Shown here: positions 10,920-26,700 of the stretch, piece after piece | How the letters are laid out: every line of letters starts with the position of its first letter | Numbering within the stretch: position 1 is the first letter of the stretch | NCBI GenBank assembly: GCA_964016885.1 | Contig: OZ024743.1 | Span: 100,874,001-100,938,000, forward strand | Direction: 5' to 3' | Source: Eledone cirrhosa | Lineage: Eukaryota | Length of the DNA: 64,000 bases | Notes under the pieces: generated by a model | The model's database searches: none | Seen by the model: only the letters and a program-made list of their open reading frames with translations | What the model was told of the DNA's origin: nothing | Program-made: the position numbers and the translations under genes

Positions 10920-13900
10920 ATTCCCTCTCTTTCTATATATTCCTCATTCTTTCTATATATTCCTCACTCTTTCTATAATATCTTCCCCACACTTTCTATA
11001 TATTCCCCACTTTATCTATACATTCCCCACTCTTTCTATATATTCCCCACTCTTTCTATATATTCCTCACTCTTTCTATATGTTCCCCACTCTTTCTATA
11101 TATACCCCACTCTTTCTATATATTCCCAACTCTTTCTATATATTCCCCATTCTTTCTATATATTCCCCACTCTTTCTATAATATGTTCTCCACTCTTTCT
11201 ATATATTCCCCACTCTTTCTATATATTCCCAACTCTTTCCATATATTCCTCACTATTTCTATTTATTCCTCACTCTTTCTAGAATATCTTCCCCACACTT
11301 TCTATATATTTCCCACTCTTTCTATATATTCCTCACTCTTTCTATATATTCCCAACTCTTTCTATATATTCCCCATTCTTTCTATATATTCCCCACTCTT
11401 TCTATATATACCCCACTCTTTCTATATATTCCCAACTCTTTCTATATATTCCCCATTCTTTCTATATATTCCCCACGCTTTCTATAATATGTTCTCCACT
11501 CTTTCTATATATTCCCCACTCTTTCTATATATTCCCCACTCTTTCTATATATTCCCCACTCTTTCCATATATTCCTCACTCTTTCTATATATTCCACACT
11601 GTTTCTATAATATGTTCTCCACTCTTTCTATATATTCCCCACTCTTTCTATATATTCCCCACTCTTTCTATATATTCCCAACTCTTTCCATATATTCCTC
11701 ACTATTTCTATATATTCCACACTCTTTCTAGAATATCTTCCCCACACTTTCTATATATTCCTCACTCTTTCTATATATTCCCCACTCTTTCTATATATTC
11801 CCCACTCTTTTTATATATTCCCCACTCTTTCCATATATTCCCAACTCTTTCTATATATTCCCCACTCTTTTTATATATTCCCCACTCTTTCTATATATAC
11901 GTCACTCTTTCTATAATATATTCCCAACTCTTTCTATATATTCCCGAATCTTTCTATATATTCCCCACTCTTTCTATATATTCCTCACTCTTTCTATATA
12001 TTCCCACACTTTCTATATATTCCTCACTCTTTCTATATATTCCTCACTTTTTTTATATAATCCTCACTCTTTCTATAATATATTCCTCACTCTTTCTATA
12101 TATTCTCCACACTTTCTATATATTCCCAACTCTTTCTATATATTCCCCACTCTTTCTATATATTCCCCAATCTTTCTATATATTCCTCACTCTTTCTATA
12201 TATGCCCCACTCTTTCTATATATTCCCCACTCTTTCTATATATTCCCCACTCTTTCTATATATTCCTCACTCTTTCTATATATTCCCCACTCTTTCTATA
12301 TATTCCTCACTCTTTCTATATATTCCTCATTCTTTCTATAATATCTTCCCCACTCTTTCTATATATTCCCCACTCTTTCTATATGTTCTTCACTCTTTCT
12401 ATATATTCTCCACACCTTCTATATATTCCCCACTCTTTTTATATATTCCCCACTCTTTCTATATATTCCCCACTCTTTCTATATATTCCTCACTCTTTCT
12501 TTATATTCCCCACTCTTTCTATATATTCCTCTCTCTTTTTATATATTCCCACTCTTGCTATATATTCCCCACTCTTTCTATATATTCTCCAACTCTTTCT
12601 ATATATTCCTCACTCTTTCTATATATTCCTCACTCTTTCTAGAATATCTTCCCCACACTTTCTATATATTCCTCACTCTTTCTATATATTCCCCACTCTT
12701 TCTATATATTCCCCACTCTTTTTATATATTCCCCACTCTTTCTATATATTCCCCACTCTTTCTATATATTCACCACACTTTTTATATATTCCCCACTCTT
12801 TCAATATAAACGTCTCTCTTTCTATAATATATTCCCCACTCTTTCTATATATTCCCGAATCTTTCTATATATTCCCCACTCTTTCTATATATTCCTCACT
12901 CTTTCTATATATTCCCACTCTTTCTATATATTCCTCACTCTTTCTATATATTCCTCACTTTTTCTATATAATCCCCACTCTTTCTATAATATATTCCTCA
13001 CTCTTTCTATATATTCCCCACACTTTCTATATATTCCCAACTCTTTCTATATATTCGCCACTCTTTCTATAATATATTCCTCACTCTTTCTATGTATTCC
13101 CCACTCTTTCTATATATTCCCCAATCTTTCTATATATTCCTCACTCTTTCTATATATTCCCCACTCTTTCTATATATTCCCCACTCTTTCTATATATTCC
13201 CCACTCTTTCTATATATTCCTCACTCTTTCTATATATTCCCCACTCTTTCTATATATTCCCCACTCTTTTTATATATTCCCCACTCTTTCTATATATTCC
13301 CCACTCTTTCTATATATTCCTCACTCTTTCTATATATTCCCCACTCTTTCTATATATTCCCCACTCTTTTTATATATTCCACACTCTTTCTATATATTCC
13401 CCACTCTTTCTATATATTCCCCACTCTTTCTATATGTTCCTCACTCTTTTTATATATTCCCCACTCTTGCTATATATTCCCCACTCTTTCTATATATTCT
13501 CCACTCTTTCTATATATTCCTCACTCTTTCTATATATTCCTCATTCTTTCTATATATTCCTCACTCTTTCTATAATATCTTCCCCACTCTTTCTATATAT
13601 TCCTCACTCTTTCTATATATTCCCCATTCTTTCTATATATTCCCCACTCTTTCTATAATATGTTCTCCACTCTTTCTATATATTCCCCACACTTTTTATA
13701 TATTCCCCACTCTTTCTATATATTCCCCTCTCTTTCTATATATTCCTCACTCTTTCTATATATTCCCCACTCTTTCTATATGTTCCTCACTCTTTTTATA
13801 TATTCCCCACCCTTGCTATATATTCCCCACTCTTTCTATATATTCTCCACTCTTTCTATATATTCCCCACTCTTTCTATATATTCCTCACTCATTCTATA

Positions 13901-16900
13901 TATTCCTCATTCTTTCTATATATTCCTCACTCTTTCTATAATATCTGCCCAACTCTTTCTATATATTCCCAACTCTTTCTCTATATTTCCCATTCTTTCT
14001 ATATATTCCCCACTCTTTCTATAATATGTTCTCCACTCTTTCTATATATTCCCCACTCTTTTTATATATTCCCCACTCTTTCTATATATTCCCCACTCTT
14101 TCTATATATTCCTCACTCCTTCTATATATTCCCCACTCTTTCTATATATTCCTCACTCTTTTTATATATTCCCCACTCTTGCTATATATTCCCCACTCTT
14201 TCTATATATTCTCCACTCATTCTATATATTCCCCACTCTTTCTATATATTCCTCAATTTTTCTATAATATATTCCCCACTCTTTCAATATATTCCCCACT
14301 CTTTCTATATATTCCTCACTCTTTCTATATATTCCCCACTCTTTCTATATATTCCCCACTCTTTCTATATATTCTCCACTCATTCTATATATTCCCCACT
14401 CTTTCTATATATTCCTCAATTTTTCTATAATATATTCCCCACTCTTTCAATATATTCCCCATCTTTCTATATATTCCTCACTCTTTCTATAATATCTGCC
14501 CCACTCTTTCTATATATTCCCAACTCTTTCTCTATATTTCCCATTCTTTCTATATATTCCCCACTCTTTCTATAATATGTTCTCCACTCTTTCTATATAT
14601 TCCCCACTCTTTTTATATATTCCCCACTCTTTCTATATATTCCCCACTCTTTCTATATATTCCTCACTCCTATATATTCCCCACTCTTTCTATATATTCC
14701 TCACTCTTTTTATATATTCCCGACTCTTGCTATATATTCCCCACTCTTTCTATATATTCTCCACTCATTCTATATATTCCCCACTCTTTCTATATATTCC
14801 TCAATTTTTCTATAATATATTCCCCACTCTTTCAATATATTCCCCACTCTTTCTATATATTCCTCACTCTTTCAATATATTCCCCACTCTTTCTATATAT
14901 TCCTCACTTTTTCTATATATTCCCCACTCTTTCCATAATATATTACTCACTCTTTCTATATATTCCCCACACATTCTATATATTCCCCACTCTTTCTATA
15001 TATTCCTCATTCATTCTATATATTCCCCACTCTTTCTATATATTCCCCACTCTTTCTATAATATGTTTCCCACTCTTTTTATATATTCCCCACTCTTTCT
15101 ATATATTCCTCACTCGTTCTATATATTCCCCACTCTTTCTATATATTCCTCACTCTTCCTATAATATCTAACCTCACTCTTTCTATATATTCCCCATTCT
15201 TCGTATATATTCCCCACTCTTTCTATATATTACCCACTCTTTCGATATATTCCCCAATGTTTCTATATGTTCCTCAATCTTTCTAGAATATCTTCCACAC
15301 ACTTTCTATATATTTCCCACTCTTTCTATATATTGCCCACTCTTTCTATATATTCCTCACTCTTTCTATATATTCCCCACTCTTTCTATATATTCCTCAC
15401 TCTTTTTATATATTCCTCACTCTTTCTATATATTCCCCACTCTTTCTATATATTCCCCACTCTTTTTATATATTCCCCACTCTTTCTATATATTCCCCAC
15501 TCTTTCTATATATTCCTCACTCTTTCTATATATTCCTCATTCTTTCTATATATTCCTCACTCTTTCTATATATTCCCCACTCTTTCTATATATTCCCCAC
15601 TCTTTCTATAATATGTTCCCCACTCTTTCTATATATACCCCACTTTATCTATACATTCCCCACTCTTTCTATATATTCCCCACTCTTTCTATATATACCC
15701 CACTCTTTCTATATATTCCCAACTCTTTCTATATATTCCCCATTCTTTCTATATATTCCCCACTCTTTCTATATATTCCTCACTTTTTCTATATATTCCT
15801 CACTCTTCCTATATATTCCCCACTCTTTCTATAATATGTTCTCCACTCTTTCTATATATTCCGCACTCTTTTTTTATATTCCCCACTCTTTCTATATATT
15901 CCTCACTCTTTCTATATATTCCCCACTCTTTCTATATATTCCTCACTCTTTTTATATATTCCCCACTCTTGCTATATATTCCCCACTCTTTCTATATATT
16001 CTCCACTCATTCTATATATTCCCCACTCTTTCTATATATTCCTCAATTTTTCTATAATATATTCCCCACTCTTTCTATATATTCCCCCCTCTTTCTATAT
16101 ATTCCTCACACTTTCTATATATTCTTCACTCTTTCTATATATTCCCCACTCTTTCTATATATTCCTCACTCTTTCTATATATGCCTCACTTTTTCTATAT
16201 ATTCCCCACTCTTTCTATAATATATTACTCACTCTTTCTATATATTCCCCACACATTCTATATATTCCCCACTCTTTCCATAATATGTTCCCCACACTTT
16301 TTATATATTCCCCACTCTTTCTATATATTCCTCACTCTTTCTATAATATCTAACCTCACTCTTTCTATATATTCCCCATTCTTCGTATATATTCCCCACT
16401 CTTTCTATATATTACTCACTCTTTCGATATGTTCACCAATGTTTCTATATGTTCCTCAATCTTTCTAGAATATGTTCCATACACTTTCTATATATTTCCC
16501 ACTCTTTCTATATATTCCCCACTCTTTCTATATATTCCCCACTCTTTCTATATACTCCTCACTCTTTCTATATATTCCACACTCTTTCTATATATTCCCC
16601 ACTCTTTCAATATATTCCCGAATCTTTCTATATATTCCTCACTCTTTCTATATATTCCTCACTTTTTCTATATATTCCCCACTCTTTCTATAATATATTC
16701 CTCACTCTTTCTATATATTCCCCACTCTTTCTATATATTCCTCACTCGTTCTATATATTCCCCACTCTTTCTATATATTCCTCACTCTTCCTATAATATC
16801 TAACCTCACTCTTTCTATATATTCACCATTCTTCGTATATATTCCCCACTCTTTCTATATATTACCCACTCTTTCGATATATTCCCCAATGTTTCTATAT

Positions 16901-19900
16901 GTTCCTCAATCTTTCTAGAATATCTTCCACACAATTTCTATATATTTCCCACTCTTTCTATATATATACCCCACTTTATCTATACATTCCCCACTCTTTC
17001 TATACATTCCGCACTCTTTCTATATATTTCCCACTCTTTCTATATATATACCCCACTTTATCTATACATTCCCCACTCTTTCTATACATTCCCCACTCTT
17101 TCTATACATTCCGCACTCTTTCTATATATTCCCCACTCTTTCTATATATACCCCACTCTTTCTATATATTCCCTCTCTTTCTATATATTCCTCATTCTTT
17201 CTATATATTCCTCACTCTTTCTATAATATCTTCCCCACACTTTCTATATATTCCCCACTTTATCTATACATTCCCCACTCTTTCTATATATTCCCCACTC
17301 TTTCTATATATTCCTCACTCTTTCTATATGTTCCCCACTCTTTCTATATATACCCCACTCTTTCTATATATTCCCAACTCTTTCTATATATTCCCCATTC
17401 TTTCTATATATTCCCCACTCTTTCTATAATATGTTCTCCACTCTTTCTATATATTCCCCACTCTTTCTATATATTCCCAACTCTTTCCATATATTCCTCA
17501 CTATTTCTATTTATTCCTCACTCTTTCTAGAATATCTTCCCCACACTTTCTATATATTTCCCACTCTTTCTATATATTCCTCACTCTTTCTATATATTCC
17601 CAACTCTTTCTATATATTCCCCATTCTTTCTATATATTCCCCACTCTTTCTATATATACCCCACTCTTTCTATATATTCCCCACTCTTTCTATATATTCC
17701 CAACTCTTTCCATATATTCCTCACTATTTCTATTTATTCCTCACTCTTTCTAGAATATCTTCCCCACACTTTCTATATATTTCCCACTCTTTCTATATAT
17801 TCCTCACTCTTTCTATATATTCCCAACTCTTTCTATATATTCCCCATTCTTTCTATATATTCCCCACGCTTTCTATAATATGTTCTCCACTCTTTCTATA
17901 TATTCCCCACTCTTTCTATATATTCCCCACTCTTTCTATATATTCCCCACTCTTTCCATATATTCCTCACTCTTTCTATATATTCCACACTGTTTCTATA
18001 ATATGTTCTCCACTCTTTCTATATATTCCCCACTCTTTCTATATATTCCCCACTCTTTCTATATATTCCCAACTCTTTCCATATATTCCTCACTATTTCT
18101 ATATATTCCACACTCTTTCTAGAATATCTTCCCCACACTTTCTATATATTCCTCACTCTTTCTATATATTCCCCACTCTTTCTATATATTCCCCACTCTT
18201 TTTATATATTCCCCACTCTTTCCATATATTCCCAACTCTTTCTATATATTCCCCACTCTTTTTATATATTCCCCACTCTTTCTATATATACGTCACTCTT
18301 TCTATAATATATTCCCAACTCTTTCTATATATTCCCGAATCTTTCTATATATTCCCCACTCTTTCTATATATTCCTCACTCTTTCTATATATTCCCACAC
18401 TTTCTATATATTCCTCACTCTTTCTATATATTCCTCACTTTTTTTATATAATCCTCACTCTTTCTATAATATATTCCTCACTCTTTCTATATATTCTCCA
18501 CACTTTCTATATATTCCCAACTCTTTCTATATATTCCCCACTCTTTCTATATATTCCCCAATCTTTCTATATATTCCTCACTCTTTCTATATATGCCCCA
18601 CTCTTTCTATATATTCCCCACTCTTTCTATATATTCCCCACTCTTTCTATATATTCCTCACTCTTTCTATATATTCCCCACTCTTTCTATATATTCCTCA
18701 CTCTTTCTATATATTCCTCATTCTTTCTATAATATCTTCCCCACTCTTTCTATATATTCCCCACTCTTTCTATATGTTCTTCACTCTTTCTATATATTCT
18801 CCACACCTTCTATATATTCCCCACTCTTTTTATATATTCCCCACTCTTTCTATATATTCCCCACTCTTTCTATATATTCCTCACTCTTTCTTTATATTCC
18901 CCACTCTTTCTATATATTCCTCTCTCTTTTTATATATTCCCCACTCTTGCTATATATTCCCCACTCTTTCTATATATTCTCCACTCTTTCTATATATTCC
19001 TCACTCTTTCTATATATTCCTCACTCTTTCTAGAATATCTTCCCCACACTTTCTATATATTCCTCACTCTTTCTATATATTCCCCACTCTTTCTATATAT
19101 TCCCCACTCTTTTTATATATTCCCCACTCTTTCTATATATTCCCCACTCTTTCTATATATTCACCACACTTTTTATATATTCCCCACTCTTTCAATATAA
19201 ACGTCTCTCTTTCTATAATATATTCCCCACTCTTTCTATATATTCCCGAATCTTTCTATATATTCCCCACTCTTTCTATATATTCCTCACTCTTTCTATA
19301 TATTCCCACTCTTTCTATATATTCCTCACTCTTTCTATATATTCCTCACTTTTTCTATATAATCCCCACTCTTTCTATAATATATTCCTCACTCTTTCTA
19401 TATATTCCCCACACTTTCTATATATTCCCAACTCTTTCTATATATTCGCCACTCTTTCTATAATATATTCCTCACTCTTTCTATGTATTCCCCACTCTTT
19501 CTATATATTCCCCAATCTTTCTATATATTCCTCACTCTTTCTATATATTCCCCACTCTTTCTATATATTCCCCACTCTTTCTATATATTCCCCACTCTTT
19601 CTATATATTCCTCACTCTTTCTATATATTCCCCACTCTTTCTATATATTCCCCACTCTTTTTATATATTCCCCACTCTTTCTATATATTCCCCACTCTTT
19701 CTATATATTCCTCACTCTTTCTATATATTCCCCACTCTTTCTATATATTCCCCACTCTTTTTATATATTCCACACTCTTTCTATATATTCCCCACTCTTT
19801 CTATATATTCCCCACTCTTTCTATATGTTCCTCACTCTTTTTATATATTCCCCACTCTTGCTATATATTCCCCACTCTTTCTATATATTCTCCACTCTTT

Positions 19901-22900
19901 CTATATATTCCTCACTCTTTCTATATATTCCTCATTCTTTCTATATATTCCTCACTCTTTCTATAATATCTTCCCCACTCTTTCTATATATTCCTCACTC
20001 TTTCTATATATTCCCCATTCTTTCTATATATTCCCCACTCTTTCTATAATATGTTCTCCACTCTTTCTATATATTCCCCACACTTTTTATATATTCCCCA
20101 CTCTTTCTATATATTCCCCTCTCTTTCTATATATTCCTCACTCTTTCTATATATTCCCCACTCTTTCTATATGTTCCTCACTCTTTTTATATATTCCCCA
20201 CCCTTGCTATATATTCCCCACTCTTTCTATATATTCTCCACTCTTTCTATATATTCCCCACTCTTTCTATATATTCCTCACTCATTCTATATATTCCTCA
20301 TTCTTTCTATATATTCCTCACTCTTTCTATAATATCTGCCCAACTCTTTCTATATATTCCCAACTCTTTCTCTATATTTCCCATTCTTTCTATATATTCC
20401 CCACTCTTTCTATAATATGTTCTCCACTCTTTCTATATATTCCCCACTCTTTTTATATATTCCCCACTCTTTCTATATATTCCCCACTCTTTCTATATAT
20501 TCCTCACTCCTTCTATATATTCCCCACTCTTTCTATATATTCCTCACTCTTTTTATATATTCCCCACTCTTGCTATATATTCCCCACTCTTTCTATATAT
20601 TCTCCACTCATTCTATATATTCCCCACTCTTTCTATATATTCCTCAATTTTTCTATAATATATTCCCCACTCTTTCAATATATTCCCCACTCTTTCTATA
20701 TATTCCTCACTCTTTCTATATATTCCCCACTCTTTCTATATATTCCCCACTCTTTCTATATATTCTCCACTCATTCTATATATTCCCCACTCTTTCTATA
20801 TATTCCTCAATTTTTCTATAATATATTCCCCACTCTTTCAATATATTCCCCATCTTTCTATATATTCCTCACTCTTTCTATAATATCTGCCCCACTCTTT
20901 CTATATATTCCCAACTCTTTCTCTATATTTCCCATTCTTTCTATATATTCCCCACTCTTTCTATAATATGTTCTCCACTCTTTCTATATATTCCCCACTC
21001 TTTTTATATATTCCCCACTCTTTCTATATATTCCCCACTCTTTCTATATATTCCTCACTCCTATATATTCCCCACTCTTTCTATATATTCCTCACTCTTT
21101 TTATATATTCCCGACTCTTGCTATATATTCCCCACTCTTTCTATATATTCTCCACTCATTCTATATATTCCCCACTCTTTCTATATATTCCTCAATTTTT
21201 CTATAATATATTCCCCACTCTTTCAATATATTCCCCACTCTTTCTATATATTCCTCACTCTTTCAATATATTCCCCACTCTTTCTATATATTCCTCACTT
21301 TTTCTATATATTCCCCACTCTTTCCATAATATATTACTCACTCTTTCTATATATTCCCCACACATTCTATATATTCCCCACTCTTTCTATATATTCCTCA
21401 TTCATTCTATATATTCCCCACTCTTTCTATATATTCCCCACTCTTTCTATAATATGTTTCCCACTCTTTTTATATATTCCCCACTCTTTCTATATATTCC
21501 TCACTCGTTCTATATATTCCCCACTCTTTCTATATATTCCTCACTCTTCCTATAATATCTAACCTCACTCTTTCTATATATTCCCCATTCTTCGTATATA
21601 TTCCCCACTCTTTCTATATATTACCCACTCTTTCGATATATTCCCCAATGTTTCTATATGTTCCTCAATCTTTCTAGAATATCTTCCACACACTTTCTAT
21701 ATATTTCCCACTCTTTCTATATATTGCCCACTCTTTCTATATATTCCTCACTCTTTCTATATATTCCCCACTCTTTCTATATATTCCTCACTCTTTTTAT
21801 ATATTCCTCACTCTTTCTATATATTCCCCACTCTTTCTATATATTCCCCACTCTTTTTATATATTCCCCACTCTTTCTATATATTCCCCACTCTTTCTAT
21901 ATATTCCTCACTCTTTCTATATATTCCTCATTCTTTCTATATATTCCTCACTCTTTCTATATATTCCCCACTCTTTCTATATATTCCCCACTCTTTCTAT
22001 AATATGTTCCCCACTCTTTCTATATATACCCCACTTTATCTATACATTCCCCACTCTTTCTATATATTCCCCACTCTTTCTATATATACCCCACTCTTTC
22101 TATATATTCCCAACTCTTTCTATATATTCCCCATTCTTTCTATATATTCCCCACTCTTTCTATATATTCCTCACTTTTTCTATATATTCCTCACTCTTCC
22201 TATATATTCCCCACTCTTTCTATAATATGTTCTCCACTCTTTCTATATATTCCGCACTCTTTTTTTATATTCCCCACTCTTTCTATATATTCCTCACTCT
22301 TTCTATATATTCCCCACTCTTTCTATATATTCCTCACTCTTTTTATATATTCCCCACTCTTGCTATATATTCCCCACTCTTTCTATATATTCTCCACTCA
22401 TTCTATATATTCCCCACTCTTTCTATATATTCCTCAATTTTTCTATAATATATTCCCCACTCTTTCTATATATTCCCCCCTCTTTCTATATATTCCTCAC
22501 ACTTTCTATATATTCTTCACTCTTTCTATATATTCCCCACTCTTTCTATATATTCCTCACTCTTTCTATATATGCCTCACTTTTTCTATATATTCCCCAC
22601 TCTTTCTATAATATATTACTCACTCTTTCTATATATTCCCCACACATTCTATATATTCCCCACTCTTTCCATAATATGTTCCCCACTCTTTTTATATATT
22701 CCCCACTCTTTCTATATATTCCTCACTCTTTCTATAATATCTAACCTCACTCTTTCTATATATTCCCCATTCTTCGTATATATTCCCCACTCTTTCTATA
22801 TATTACTCACTCTTTCGATATGTTCACCAATGTTTCTATATGTTCCTCAATCTTTCTAGAATATGTTCCATACACTTTCTATATATTTCCCACTCTTTCT

Positions 22901-23460
22901 ATATATTCCCCACTCTTTCTATATATTCCCCACTCTTTCTATATACTCCTCACTCTTTCTATATATTCCACACTCTTTCTATATATTCCCCACTCTTTCA
23001 ATATATTCCCGAATCTTTCTATATATTCCTCACTCTTTCTATATATTCCTCACTTTTTCTATATATTCCCCACTCTTTCTATAATATATTCCTCACTCTT
23101 TCTATATATTCCCCACTCTTTCTATATATTCCTCACTCGTTCTATATATTCCCCACTCTTTCTATATATTCCTCACTCTTCCTATAATATCTAACCTCAC
23201 TCTTTCTATATATTCACCATTCTTCGTATATATTCCCCACTCTTTCTATATATTACCCACTCTTTCGATATATTCCCCAATGTTTCTATATGTTCCTCAA
23301 TCTTTCTAGAATATCTTCCACACAATTTCTATATATTTCCCACTCTTTCTATATATATACCCCACTTTATCTATACATTCCCCACTCTTTCTATACATTC
23401 CGCACTCTTTCTATATATTCCCCACTCTTTCTATATATACCCCACTCTTTCTATATATTC
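10920..23460. repeat. Higher-order tandem duplication, 2 copies of ~6.25-6.39 kb
   Basis: Near-identical translated variant strings recur at a constant 6391-bp offset (12202/18593, 13092/19483, 14577/20968, 15267/21658, 16899/23290). The offset is 6248 at the start (11183/17431). Confidence 0.9.
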
Positions 23461-23749
23461 CCAACTCTTTCTATATATTCCCCATTCTTTCTATAGATTC
23501 CCCACTGTTTCTATATATTCCTCACTTTTTCTATATATTCCTCACTCTTCCTATATATTCCCCACTCTTTCTATAATATGTTCTCCACAATTTCTATATA
23601 TTCCCCACTCTTTTTATATATTCCCCACTCTTTCTATATATTCCTCACTCTTTCTATATATTCCCCACTCTTGCTATATATTCACCACTCTTTCTATATA
23701 TTCTCCACTCATTCTATATATTCCCCACTCTTTCTATATATTCCTCAAT

Positions 23750-26700
23750 TTTTCTATAATATATTCCCCACTCTTTCTATATATTCCTCCCTCTTTCTAT
23801 ATATTCCTCACACTTTCTATATATTCTTCACTCTTTCTATATATTCCCCAGTCTTTCTATGTATTCCTCACTCTTTCTATATATTCCTCACTTTTTCTAT
23901 ATATTCCCCACTCTTTCTATAATATATTACTCACTCTTTCTATATATTCCCCACACATTCTATATATTCCCCACTCTTTCTATACATTCCTCATTCATTC
24001 TATATATTCCCCACTCCTTCTATATATTCCCCACTCTTTCCATAATATGTTCCCCACTCTTTTTATATATTCCCCACTCTTTCTATATATTCCTCACTCT
24101 TTCTATAATATCTAACTTCGCTCTTTCTATATATTCCCCATTCTTCGTATATATTCCCCACTCTTTCTATATACTACTCACTCTTTCGATATGTTCACCA
24201 ATGTTTCTATATGTTCCTCAATCTTTCTAGAATATCTTCCACACACTTTCTATATATTTCCCACTCTTTCTATATATTCCCCACTCTTTCTATATATTCC
24301 CCACTCTTTCTATATATTCCTCACTCTTTCTATATATTCCACACTCTTTCTATATATTCCCCACTCTTTTTATATATTCCCCACTCTTTCTATATATTCC
24401 CAACTCTTTCAATATATTCCCGAATCTTTCTATATCTTCCCCACTCTTTCTATATATTCATCACTCTTTCTATATATTCCCACTCTTTCTATATATTCCT
24501 CACTCTTTCTATATATTCCTCACTTTTTCTATATATTCCCCACTCTTTCTATAATATATTCCTCACTCTTTCTATATATTCCCCATACTTTCTATATATT
24601 CCCAACTCTTTCTATATATTCCCCACTCTTTCTATAATATATTCCTCACTCTTTCTATATATTCCCCACTCTTTCTATATATTCCTCACTCGTTCTATAT
24701 ATTCCCCACTCTTTCTATATATTCCTCACTCTTCCTATAATATCTAACCTCACTCTTTCTATATATTCTCCATTCTTCGTATATATTCCCCACTCTTTCT
24801 ATATATTACCCACTCTTTCGATATATTCCCCAATGTTTCTATATGTTCCTCAATCTTTCTAGAATATCTTCCACACACTTTCTATATATTTCCCAATCTT
24901 TCTATATATTCCCCACTCTTTCTATATATTCCTCACTCTTTCTATATATTCCCCACTCTTTCTATATATTCCCCACTCTTTTTATATATTCCTCACTCTT
25001 TCTATATATTCCCCACTCTTTCTATATATTCCCCACTCTTTTTATATATTCCCCACTCTTTCTATATATTCCGCACTCTTTCTATATATTCCTCACTCTT
25101 TCTATATATTCCTCATTCTTTCTATATATTCCTCACTCTTTCTATAATATCTTCCCCACTCTTTCTATATATTCCTCACTCTTTCTATATATTCCCCACT
25201 CTTTCTATATATTCCCCACTCTTTCTATAATATGTTCCCCACTCTTTCTATATATTCCCCACTTTATCTATATATTCCCCACTCTTTCTATATATTACCC
25301 ACTCTTTCTATATATACCCCACTCTTTCTATATATTCCCCACTCTTTCTATATATTACCCACTCTTTCTATATATACCCCACTCTTTCTATATATTCCTC
25401 ACTCTTCCTATATATTCCCCACTCTTTCTATATGTTCCACTCTCTTTTTATATATTCCCCACTCTTGCTATATATTCCCCACTCTTTCTATATATTCTTC
25501 ACTCTTTCTATATATTCCTCACTCTTTCTATAACATATTCCCCAATCTTTCTATATATACCTCACTCTTTCTATATATTCCCAACTCTTTCTATATATTC
25601 CCCATTCTTTCTATATATTCCCCACTCTTTCTATAATATGTTCTCCACTCTTTCTATATGTTCCCCACTCTTTTTATATATTCCCCACTCTTTCTATATA
25701 TTCCCCACTCTTTCTATATATTCCTCACTCTTTCTATATATTCCCCACTCTTTCTATATATTCCTCACTCTTTATATATATTCCCAACTCTTGCTATATA
25801 TTCTCCACTCTTTCTATATATTCTCCACTCATTCTATATATTCCCTACTCTTTCTATATATTCCTCAATTTTTCTATAATATATTCCCCACTCTTTCTAT
25901 ATATTCCCCACTCTTTCTATATATTCCTCACTCTTTCTATATATTCTTCACTCTGTCTATATATTCCCCACTCTTTCTATATATTCCTCACTCTTTCTAT
26001 ATATTCCTCACTCTTTCTATATATTCCCCACTCTTTCTATATATTCCCCACTCTTTCTATAATATGTTCCCCACTCTTTCTATATATTCCCCACTTTTTC
26101 TATATATTCCCCACTCTTTCTATATATTACCCACTCTTTCTATATATACCCCACTCTTTCTATATATTCCCCACTCTTTCTATATATTACCCACTCTTTC
26201 TATATATACCCCACTCTTTCTATATATTCCTCACTCTTCCTATATATTCCCCACTCTTTCTATATGTTCCACTCTCTTTTTATATATTCCCCACTCTTGC
26301 TATATATTCCCCACTCTTTCTATATATTCTTCACTCTTTCTATATATTCCTCACTCTTTCTATAATATATTCTCCAATCTTTCTATATATACCTCACTCT
26401 TTCTATATATTCCCAACTCTTTCTATATATTCCCCATTCTTTCTATATATTCCCCACTCTTTCTATAATATGTTCTCCACTCTTTCTATATGTTCCCCAC
26501 TCTTTTTATATATTCCCCACTCTTTCTATATATTCCCCACTCTTTCTATATATTCCTCACTCTTTCTATATATTCCCCACTCTTTCTATATATTCCTCAC
26601 TCTTTATATATATTCCCCACTCTTGCTATATATTCCCCACTCTTTCTATATATTCTCCACTCATTCTATATATTCCCTACTCTTTCTATATATTCCTCAA

